Below the pieces are notes generated by a model. It worked only from the letters and a program-made list of their open reading frames with translations. It made no database searches and had not been told where the DNA came from. The position numbers and the translations under genes are program-made. Below, piece after piece: positions 53,250 to 64,000 of a stretch of DNA of 64,000 nucleotides (its first letter is position 1; the number at the start of each line of letters is the position of its first letter). Origin of the DNA: Octopus bimaculoides (lineage: Eukaryota); assembly GCF_001194135.2 (NCBI RefSeq), contig NC_068986.1:30875028-30939027 (forward strand). Direction: 5' to 3'.

Positions 53250-55400
53250 TGAGTGAAGGTGTGTGCGCAATGTGTTTCGCTATTTAACTTATTGACATAA
53301 AAGTCAATGAGCACGTGTGTGTATTTGTATATGCGTACGAGCACACATGAGTGTGTATTTCACTTTTCAGCTCTTTTTCAGACGGGGCAAATGTTGGCTT
53401 TAACAGGACATAAAAACAAAAGTAAATAGATAAAAATTCTTTACAGAAATTGCTGAACAAATAGGCCTTAATCAGCTGTTAATTTTCACACTCTTGCTAC
53501 TGTCATCGAAAGAATGCCAGAGGAGTTATGAAAGTGTGTGGCCTAGTGGTTAAAGTGTTGCACTCACAACCTAGTTATCGTGGGTTTGATTCTCAAACTG
53601 GCCAGCATGTAGTGTTCTTGAGCAAAATGCTTCATTTCACATTCCTCCAGTCCACTCAGTTCATCATCATCGTTTAACGTCTGCTTTCCATGCTAGCATG
53701 GGTTGGACGATTTGACTGAGGACTGGTGAACCAGATGGCTGCACCAGGCTCCAATCTGATTTGGCAGAGTTGTAAATGTATAACCCTGTGATGGACTAAC
53801 CTTCTGTTCAGGGTGAATGTTGGCCTGTTCACCTAGCTAATGGGGTAGTATCATATGAAGGCTAAAACAATGCAAAGTGTATTGTGACTAGTGAGGTATA
53901 ACATCTGTTCAGTGACATGATAAAAAGAGGTTGCACTATGAAAGGGATTAACAGATTTAGTATTGTGAAAGTGTGGTAATGGAGGGTTGCAGAAGAAATC
54001 GTGTTGGGAAGATTAATGGAAAGGGCAAAGGAAAAAGTAGTGTAAAGGACTTGGGAGAAAATAAGGACAGAGTGGTAAGGATGATGAGGTGTGTTGAATG
54101 GGGGGTAGGAGTATTGAGTGGTCTGTCACCTTGTAAGAGTGAACATTGCAGTTGGGATGGATGGAGAGGTGCGTGAGATAGTTGAATGTGATAGGAAGCC
54201 AGAGAACCTGTGGAAAAGGGGTCAGTGAAAGAGATGCATTGGTTGACCTGAGGCTGTAGTAGAAGACATTTGCTTGAGGTGACATGCTGTAGGGCTGAAC
54301 CTGAAGCCACCTGGTTACAAAGTGAGCTTCTTAACTACACCATCATAGCTGTGCCTTATTTTAATTGCTCAAATGTGTGTGTGTGTGTAAAACTTTTTTT
54401 TTTTCCTTCTGGCAATTTCTAAAGCTCTCATCCACTGGTCATAGATTTTTTTAAAATTTTTTTTACCAAACATTTTCTTTTCTTTCTATGCAACTTTTTC
54501 TTCTTTTTTTAATTTCAATGTTTAAGAAAGTTTCTTCTTTTTAGTTGTGTATCCCCGATGTAGCAACAGACATTGAATGAATTACATTGACATTGTTTTA
54601 AAATTAATATTTGAAAAATAGAGTCTGATCAACATTGAAACAAAGGAAATGGTACCAAAACATGTTTTCATTGTCACCAGTTTATTATGGAAGACCATTT
54701 ACAAAAAAACAAAAAAGAGTTACCTCCCTTACATTTATTGACCTATTTCATTTCATTAATAATTATTTTCAAACTACGTTCAAGACTAAGAGCATAATTT
54801 AAATAAAATATCTAGCATATTTCCGATAGGAAACACTCTGGAAAATGAATACTACTTCATAATCTAGTTCTTTTGATAATTATTATTTTTTTTCTTTTTA
54901 ATTTTACCAACTAACTATTATTACCAGCCAGCATGTACTGCTCTCTCTGCAGTAGAATTTTCTTTGTGTTTGTCTTGTACATTTTTGTCAATAGAGGTAT
55001 GTTGTTGTTGTTGTTGTTGTTGTTATTGTTGCTATTATTTTCTTCTCTCTCTCCTCCTTGTTACATTTGATGTTTATTTATGTTGTTATCAAGAAAGAAA
55101 AAAAAATGTATTCCTTTTTCCAGAACATACAGAGGGAAACAACACAACTGTGGCTTTCTCAATTTCAGGAAAAACAAAACATCAAAACAAAAACTGCATC
55201 ACTTCATTGTTTTATGTAGTCTGTTTTTTTCTTTTATACTTTTTACTGTTTTATTAGTTCTCCTTTTCTGTTTTCTACACTCTGATAACTACATAGCTAT
55301 CACTGAAATATTCCAGAATTGAAGTTTTACTCTTATTAAAACATTTTCTTTAATGTATGCTCAATTTTAACTGTTTTCCTCCTTGTTTTTCAATTTTTAG

Positions 55401-55438
55401 CTCCTGCACACCCACAGAATCCGTATGCTGGAAAAGGG
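55401..55438 (+). CDS. Lasp: Lasp pre-SH3 exon (38 nt, phase 1/0): APAHPQNPYAGKG
   Basis: Bounded by caatttttag| and a consensus ggg|gtaagt. It ends in phase 0 at a Gly-rich motif, comparable to the sequence just before the LASP1 SH3 domain. Confidence 0.75.
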
Positions 55439-55784
55439 GTAAGTGTTGAATTTGTAATATCTTGTAAGGCTATCTTAACGAAACATACTGACTCTTGTTG
55501 ACGTCAACATGTTTGCATTCTGTTTTCTCATGTTTATATATAAAAAGGTCTCAAAGCACCTTCTCTCTTCTTGTGGATGTTTTTATTCAAACATCCTTGA
55601 CGAGAGAAGGTGCTTTGCACTATGGTAACATATATTGGCTTTATCTTTTTTTTTTGTTTGTTAGAGTGGAGAGCATGGTTTTTACTTCTAGTTCTCTAAA
55701 CCCCAACCACTTTTCAGTGTAGGCTGGGTGCATTTAATCATCCCACTGACAGTAGAGAAGTTGTTTCTGAAAAGGACCACAGAG

Positions 55785-56399
55785 CAGTGGTTTCTCAACC
55801 AGGGTCCACATAAGATTTTGTTAAAATTTATGTGCAATAAAGTTAGTTACACTTCCACAACACAAAATATTTCTCCCTCAGGAGTGGCTGTGTGGTAAGT
55901 AGCTTGCTTACCAACCACATGGTGCCAGGTTCAGTCCCACTGCGTGGCACCTTGGGCAAGTGCCTTCTACTATAGACTCGGGCCGACCAAAGCCTTGTGA
56001 GTGGATTTGGTAGACGGAAACTGAAAGAAGCCAGTCGTATATATGTGTGTATATATAATATGTTTGTGTGTCTGTTTGTCCCCCAACTTCGCTTGACAAC
56101 CGATGCTGGTGTGTTTACGTCCCCCTAACTTAGCCGTTCGGCAGAAATAGACCAATAGGATAAGTACTAGGCTTGCAAAGAATAAGTCCTGGGGTCGATT
56201 TTCTCGACCAAAGGTGGTGCTCCAGCATAGCCGCAGTCAAATGACTGAAACAAGTAAAAGAATATATAATTCTTAATAATATTTAATTATAAAGATATAA
56301 TAAAAGATTTTTTAAACCTGGAATGGTTATGAATGTCCACCTGGGTAAAGTAGGAATCAAAGGAGCCTACAGGTAAAAAAAAATGGTTGAGAATCACTG
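55785..56399. mobile_element. hAT/Charlie-like MITE containing a nested SINE
   Basis: Ends CAGTGGTTTCTCAACC and GGTTGAGAATCACTG. The 8-bp flanks ccacagag and ctatagat match at 5/8. Confidence 0.6.
55880..56262 (+). mobile_element. Same SINE family, inserted inside a hAT-type MITE
   Basis: Colinear with 48571-48983. Confidence 0.85.
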
Positions 56400-56753
56400 C
56401 TATAGATTTTCCTTTATCTGTATCAGTTCTTATTTGGATTTACTGCTCTCTTCATTGAGTTGTCTCTGCAATGCAGTGTATGGAGATCACATCCGTCATT
56501 CTTTTTACTACTGTTAAAAGTTGGACCAGGTGTCTTGTGGTATATGTGGTATCCTGCCTGGGCATAACTTGGATGATAGACTTAATCCATTGCCCAGCCA
56601 TTTAATATCACCACATGGTTACTTTGGATGCTTTTGGTGGAGTTGACTCTGTTGCAAGCATTCAGAATAGGATGTCTTTCCCACCTCTATCTCCCACCAA
56701 TCTGGCAAACTTAGTATAGGGTTATGGGTACTGCATTCCATCCTGACAAAAAG

Positions 56754-56793
<40 letters not shown>

Positions 56794-56987
56794 CTAAAGG
56801 GTTAATAGTTTTAAAGCTATTTAATGCTTTAGAATTTAAAAGGTAGACAAGATCTGTAACATAAAAAAGAAAGTGTTTGTGTGTGTGGCTGGTTTAAACT
56901 AAGAGACAGCCATTATCAAAATGGCCAGTATTGATATGAAGCTGAAGTAAAATGTTTTGTTTTTTTTTTCTTTGATACCTTATGTTT

Positions 56988-57267
56988 NNNNNNNNNNNNN
57001 NNNNNNNNNNNNNNNNNNNNNNNNNNNNNNNNNNNNNNNNNNNNNNNNNNNNNNNNNNNNNNNNNNNNNNNNNNNNNNNNNNNNNNNNNNNNNNNNNNNN
57101 NNNNNNNNNNNNNNNNNNNNNNNNNNNNNNNNNNNNNNNNNNNNNNNNNNNNNNNNNNNNNNNNNNNNNNNNNNNNNNNNNNNNNNNNNNNNNNNNNNNN
57201 NNNNNNNNNNNNNNNNNNNNNNNNNNNNNNNNNNNNNNNNNNNNNNNNNNNNNNNNNNNNNNNNNNN
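56988..57267. other. Assembly gap (280 N), probable site of the SH3-coding last exon
   Basis: A pyrimidine tract runs into the gap, and no SH3-coding sequence was found elsewhere downstream. Confidence 0.55.
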
Positions 57268-60200
57268 TCGATACACATATACCTATATAGTTGATAATGT
57301 TTTGTGAAAACTTTCTTGTAGTTCAACATCTCTACTAATTATTAGTTATTTACTGTTGCACCTATTTCCTTCGTTATTTATTTAATTTTTTTTCATGTCT
57401 TTTTTTTTTTTTTTTTTTCCTTCTTGAATGAGTATTTAATCCTCTTTAGATTTTTTTTTTTTAAATGCTTTGGAAACAGTCCTGCCACCCGCCCCCTTCT
57501 CATGAGAATAACTTCCTCTGTGCCTCCTTTTGTTATTTTGCTCTGATTTGTTTTTGCTTGTCTTGTTAAACACTTTGCATTTTGAGTGTTTACACATTGA
57601 CTTTGGCACAGCTCCTTCTTGAAGCACTGCAGCCACTCAGTCAGTTCCACTCGAGTGCTGTCTAACATTATCTTCCTTGGTTTAAAAATTATTTGATCAG
57701 TTACTTTAGAATTTTCAAAGACACTGACCTGCTTCATATTATTTTTCCTTTTATTTGCAGTAATTTTAGACTATGAAATAGAATATTGTTATTAAGTTTT
57801 GTATTTAAAAATGACTTTTCATTAACTAATTAATAAGGAAATCTAATAAACTGACCTCAAACTACAATAACTGTTTTAGGAGTCCAGTACGCTGCATATT
57901 TTCTTCATTCATGCATAAAAAAACAGAAACTGTTTGATGGATCAAATGCTTATTGGAACATAAGCTCGCATACCATCAGATGATCAGAAACTCCTTAGCA
58001 CAATATAAAACTGATTAAACTGGTCTTTAATATTTGCAACATAAATAAATTCAATTATATATTTTCAGCTAATCTTGATATTAAAACTTTTTCTCAATTT
58101 AAAATTCTTATTTATTTATATTTTTTTTTAATAACAATTTCGTCTTTAAAATGCTTCTTATTTTAATTTTTTTTTTTTATATATAGTTATATATATATTC
58201 TGGTATTTCTGTAAGCATTCTTGAAGGGCATGGCCATATTTTTTTAATTCTCTCTTTCTCCCTCTACTATGATTAATTTCATGTGGGGAAAGTTCCCACT
58301 GTCAGATTTTCAGCCAGTGCTCAAACAGCTCTCTTTCTTCTGGGTGTCAGGTGAATGCTATGTCATTCTGTCTGATTCCTAGCATCTGTTCACAGGTGCC
58401 CACAGGAAGCCTTATTGTACCCTGGCTGCTGCAGCTTCCTGCAACTAGGGGATGTTACTGTTAACATTGCTTGTAAATATTAGCTTTCCTTTTTATTTTA
58501 TTATTATTTTTAATTTTAATTTTGTTTTATTTACTCAAACATACTATAAAATATAATTTATACAATGTCCATTTTTTTTTTTGTCATAATTTGAATGTGT
58601 AATACTTGGCCATAATCTGTGCACGGTCTAAATATATTTTATGAAGATTCTGGGTAAAAATGAAAAGACTCTGAAGCAATACAAATCTCCTTAACAATGA
58701 CTTCCTTTTAAAATAATTTCATCTTATTTTATCCTCTTGAAATTGATCAACCCAATGTGTAACTGAGGAAAAAGCAATTAGTAATATGTGAATAACACAT
58801 GACAATGATATATTTCTGAAATGCTGGCTCAACTAACTTGGAGATTTTTCTGTTTGGCTGCCCTCTAGAACTTTTGAAAGTCTGAACTAGTTCCATTGGC
58901 ACAAGTGTTACATTTAGTAACATAGTATATAGTATTGGTTTTATAATTATAATTATTATTTTTTGTTTATCTTTTTTATTAATAAAATTCATGAAACTAT
59001 TTTTTTTTTTTTTTTTTTTTGGAAATAAAAGTTGTTTCAGAAATGATTTGTATGAAGTGTAGATTTTTTTTTTTCTTCCAATCTCTACTTCTCTTATCTC
59101 CCTGCTGACCCTGTTATTTCTGTATAACAATGTTTAGTCTCTAAAACATGGACATTCTATAGACAATAAAAGAAAAAAAGACAGTTCTTGAAGTTCTAGT
59201 TCTATGTATGTACACACATTTAACACACCTGCATGTGCACATGTACAACATTTGCATGTATGTTATTTCAAGGTTGTGATTTTCAATTAGAGAAAACCCT
59301 ACAAAACAAACGAAATTTAAAAAAAAAAAAAAAAAAATCATTGCTCGTACTGTCTACTCTAAGATTTGGTAATGGTTATGCCAGTTGGGTGTTATTTAAA
59401 TTATGGTTGTGACATGATTTATCGGAATTATATTCATTTTACATCTTTATTTTAAACATTTTAGATTAAAGGACACGTTTTGTGTTGATAATCTCCCTTT
59501 ATTTCTTAGTTACTCAAAATACATTTCCCAACCCTGGATTTTTTTATTAAAGCTATCATTGTTTTACTGAAGGATGTGGACTAATGCAACAAGACCTGAT
59601 GAATTACAACACTTTGTACAGCTAATTTCTTTTACTTTGAAATTGTAATTGGGATGAGAGAATTTGTAATATTTCTTGACTTCTTGCATGCTTCTAAGGT
59701 TTGTTGTGGAAATTCTGTTACCATATAAAAATCTATTTAGGAGACAAGAAAATTATTTAAAAAAAATCTATAAAACAACTTTTTTCTCTCCCCTTTTTTG
59801 AAAATCTTTTTCGTTCTTTAAATTGTGGCACAATTTTGTATAATTCTTTTTTTTTTTCTCTTTCTGATTTGACTATTCTAAAAAAATAGTTATCAAGAAA
59901 ACAAAGTTGAAATAAAACTCTGGGTTTAACTAGAAAAATGTTTTGTGGAGTTGTCAGTTGTAGATGTTTATTTGTAAATTTAGTGTAAATCAAGTATATT
60001 GTTGTATTTGCTCTTGAAGTTCACTCTTCTAGTGTCTTTAGACAAACCGGTACAATAACTTCTTGGGTAGAGAAAATAAATGAAACTCTTTTAGTGGTTC
60101 TTTTAGCCAATGAACTGCCACTTTTATGGTCGAGTGGGATTTTACTTTAGTTACACAAAAAAAAAGTTCCACAGAAAAAATAGAGAAAAAGACATTTAAT

Positions 60201-61734
60201 AAAATTCAGTATCATTAAATATAGTAAATGTCAGTGGTCTGAAATGTTTTCAAAGGTAATTGAGAAATTTCAAATTTGATTAGGTAGCCATAGAATTAAG
60301 ATGAATAATACAACAGCGGTTAAAATTTCATGGGAAACTGATAGTGAAAGTAAAATTAGAAAAATATTTTAAAACTTAATAATTTGAATGGGCTGCTTAA
60401 TTTAAAGGATAATTTTATGGGTTAACTAAAATAAAAATGCAAGGAAATTAATTATGGATTTTAGCTGCATGCTAGGATGTTTTTTTTTTTAATATTCCAG
60501 CAATATAACTGAAATGTTTGTGTTCTTTTGAAGTCAGGAATTTCAAGTACAGACACATCTTTAAATGATGTAATAGGTAAATGCTGACCGTATAAGTGGA
60601 TTTGTATAGCCTCGAGTTACTCTTGTATTAAGAAAAAAAAAATGTTTTAATCCAATAGAACATCAAGTTTTGCAATTGAAGAATTCATTGTGTGTGTGTG
60701 CATAACTACTTTTCTCTTGGAAATTTACATATGGTAGACTTGCTATCTATGAAAAAAAGAAATTAATTCTGATTATAATCTTTTAGAGACATTAATCTGA
60801 AAAGAGAGATTTGGAATTTGAAATCAGATCACTACAGCCACATAAAATATATTTTGATAGTTTGTATTTAAAGAATGTCAATTGGTTTTTCTTTCACTTC
60901 TAGATTGACTAACGTGATATGGTAATTATTGAATAATAAATAAATCTCCAGTAGAGGTAATATGTCTAAATGTTAGTTTCTGGGACTGTGGGTTTTTTTT
61001 TATTTTTTAAATCCTATCTTGACATAATTATTACAAGAAGAATTTAATATTTATTATCTTCAGCTACAAGAATCAGTAACGTACTGTTTCTTAGAATTTC
61101 TATCTAGTAAATTATTTCTACTTTTAAATTTACATTCTTGGAAGTAGCATATTTAAACAATTTTTTTAGCCACAGCCTCTGTCTAATATTGGTACTTTTG
61201 CTCCAGAAACATCTGTAGAACAGTCATTCAACAGTTGACAGAATTTAAGAATGTGCCTTTGTAACCACTGGCAGCAGTCAAATTGTCAGGAGAATAAATA
61301 GTAACAATAAAAGGTTCAAAAGACTACAAAAAATATTAATAAAAACAGTACATCTTGGTTGTTTTTGTCACTTCAATCTTTTATTTTTTTTTTCTCCAAA
61401 TAACTGGTGTAGATGTGATTTGATTTCTTAATCTGCTTAATTTTTAAAAATTTATTTTATTTTTAAAATTTTTATTTATTTAATTTTTTTTTTTTTCTTT
61501 TTTAAGTTGAAGTTATTTTTCTGACTGAAATCCTTTTGTGTTGAGTTCTCTGTAGAAAAATGTGCTGAAATGACTTTCAATTGAGTTTGATATGTATATA
61601 ATTTCACTTCTTGAACAAATAAATTTATTCCAAAGATGAAACAAATTCTTTATAAGAGTAAGGAGTATTTTAGTCATGCATTCACCATTGTGGGAGATAC
61701 AAGTTTGTTTTTTTTCTTTTTAAATATTGCAACT

Positions 61735-61773
<39 letters not shown>

Positions 61774-63400
61774 ACAGCTAAAATGTTTGGAAGCCTCAAC
61801 TGTATCCCAATTAATAGATCTTCCTTCATTTGGCTACAAAATATAAACAGTTACAGAAATGGAAGGTTTTGGGATAGGAAAAAAAAAAAATTCGGTGGGT
61901 GGAGAGAATTGCTGCCAACCAGAGCTGGAGGTTAGGTTGGTTATAATCAATCTAATATATAACTAGAAATTAATGTCAAAACTATGGTAAAGTTAGAAGA
62001 GAACTTATTTGGTTTGCTGCAATGTGAATACAATATATGGAGTGGAATTTCATTGGCTTATGATGAAGTAAGAGAACATCAGTTCTTATATTTTAGTGTA
62101 TTTTATATACAGATCATCACAAGAAATCCATCACAAAATAAACTTCAATATATTAGATTGAATTTTAGTTGCGGCAAACCTTTTAAAGATGTAACTATTT
62201 GTATAAATATCTTATAAGCAAGCCATAAATTTCTCTCACTTTTCTAACATGCACTCAAACAAAAGCTAATTCATTTCATCTATTTTTTTTTAAAAATAAT
62301 AGTTTAAGATTCTAGTTGAACAAGCAACCTAATGAGGTTAATACTTTAGTGTTTGTCAATCTAGTGAACAATTTTATCTGTTGTGGGTTAATTAAGAAAA
62401 CCTCAAAACTACATTACAGTATCATTGTTTTGGGTTGAAAAATCTGTGGTCACTTCAGCTAAACTAAATATGAAGACTTACTAACATCACAAATTACAAC
62501 AAACTGTATATTGTATAAAAATCTATTTTGATGTCTTTCAAAATCAGACATCAGTTTGATAAATTGTAAAAGATATAGATATATATTAACTCCATATCTT
62601 ATTTTAAAGTTTCTAAGTGAGATTTGCTTGCTCTTTCTATTCAAGATCTAAGTCAATTTTGGCTTCTCATGATCAAAACTCGAGGAACATATAGAAATTA
62701 AACTTGTTTCCATCATCTAATTTCTATTCAGCTATTACTTAAGATGTTCATAAAATCAATTAAAAAGTTACTTATAAGTCGCAAAAACGATAACCCAAAG
62801 AAAAATAATCTCTGCTTCCTCCAAAATAATTAATTTAGTTAACGAATAAAGCTCCAGAGTGATTTTGCTTTTATGCAGATCAATTCCGATCTTGAAACCA
62901 ATGGAAACTAAAAAGTAAAGTTTACACTTGAACTAAGCAATGTTTTTTTTATACCTAGCTTCTTAACTAAAATCATAAGTCATTCATTCTTTTATTCCCA
63001 TTTACAACTTGAAAAGAAAAAAAAAAATAGAAAAACAAATTTACATTATAGCCAATGAAGGAAAAATGAGAAGAAGAAAAAAAAAAAGTAACTAGCTAAA
63101 AGAAAAATCTTGTAAGCCACTCCCAAATCAAAGTTGAAGGTTAAAATGGCAATGAGCAGCAATGACAAAGAATTTGTTACCAGAGAATGTGGCAAAGTGG
63201 TCCTAAGGTTGCTAGCAGACAAATACTTCATAAATCATCAAAGAGTTGCTCCAGGTTTTTTTCTTTTTTCTACATCTTATTACAAGCAAAGATGCTGCAG
63301 ATTTAATATACCTTGGCATTGTCACATTGTGCATTTCAGTTGAATGTTTTGCTAAAAGATTTAATCAACTAGACACAGAAGAGAAAGCTTTGTTACTTTG
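57268..63400 (+). other. Lasp: Probable long 3' UTR of Lasp
   Basis: Many A and T tracts and no recognisable SINE, LINE or MITE copy, unlike the introns. The end coordinate is approximate. Confidence 0.4.
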
Positions 63401-64000
63401 AGCTGAAGGATAATTAAAAAAAATTAAAGTGGGAGGAATTTACAGTACAGAATAATAAAAATACAGAAGACAACACATTACTTTTCCACATGAGAACATT
63501 ATACAAATTTTATTTTTCATATGAAATTGGTGTGTCACACCAGAATATCACAGATAGACAGTCTATCATTGCGCATGTTACCTGCAATCAGAGCCTCCCC
63601 CCTCCAATCCAACAACTATGAACAGTCGCACCACATTTTGGTTCATTTCTCACCAATGAACCTCGAGTGTGTTTCCATCATAGTTACCCAACTCCTACTG
63701 CTAACCCAAAGGAGAAGTTGGAGTAGGTGGGGGCATTGAAGGGAGAGTGAGGAGGCAGTAGTACTTTCAGCATTCTCAAGGGGGGGAACCACAACCAGCA
63801 GTTAATTAAAAAAAAAAAAAAACATTGTAACATGAGTGGATGGACATGTGACCAATCTAAGACCTTCGTTCTGAAGGAAGTTTGGGCAATTCTTTTTTCT
63901 TTCCCCTTTTTTATTTTTATTATTTTTTTTTACAAACGTAGCATAGTTTTTTTTTTTTAATAACTGATAATTAAGGGCAACTCAACAAAAGAGCTGTTGT

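Noticed and set aside
54544-54579. Strong acceptor followed by LCIPDVATDIE* (phase 0) or VVYPRCSNRH* (phase 1)
   Set aside because: It could be another terminal exon, but T-rich tracts ending in AG are common here and there is no second line of support.
57393-57737. Minus-strand ORFs that could be the end of a convergent gene
   Set aside because: No recognisable domain or convincing splice acceptor. More likely antisense of the UTR.
63521-63790. GC-richer patch with short ORFs on both strands (minus strand LLPPHSPFNAPTYSNFSFGLAVGVG*)
   Set aside because: No SH3 motif, no homology I recognise and no clear splice boundaries. Left uncalled.

Overview
AT-rich eukaryotic intronic DNA, most likely from an octopus. 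That assignment is inferred from the tRNA-derived SINE families, the dense microsatellites and the scaffold gaps. The window holds the middle and 3' part of one plus-strand gene, a LIM-nebulin-SH3 protein (Lasp). The LIM exons are upstream of the window, and the SH3 exon is probably hidden in the N-gap at 56988-57267. The main result is that this Lasp gene looks like a modular splicing system. (1) Six extra single-nebulin-repeat exons (105 or 108 nt, all phase 0) lie in tandem at 13933-23316, in front of the canonical Lasp nebulin exon at 28482. They have weak splice sites and downstream Rbfox-type (TGCATG) and QKI-type (ACTAAC) motifs. (2) A cluster of frame-preserving phase-1 microexon candidates (12-48 nt) lies in the linker. 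(3) A candidate 14-nt frame-switch microexon could redirect translation into an SH3-less C-terminus. The rest is intron carrying a full-length decayed mariner, RTE-type LINE fragments, a hAT remnant, TTAA-flanked MITEs, SINEs and microsatellites. All exon calls come from reading the sequence by eye, without transcript support. None of the long ORFs in the supplied track is an independent host gene.
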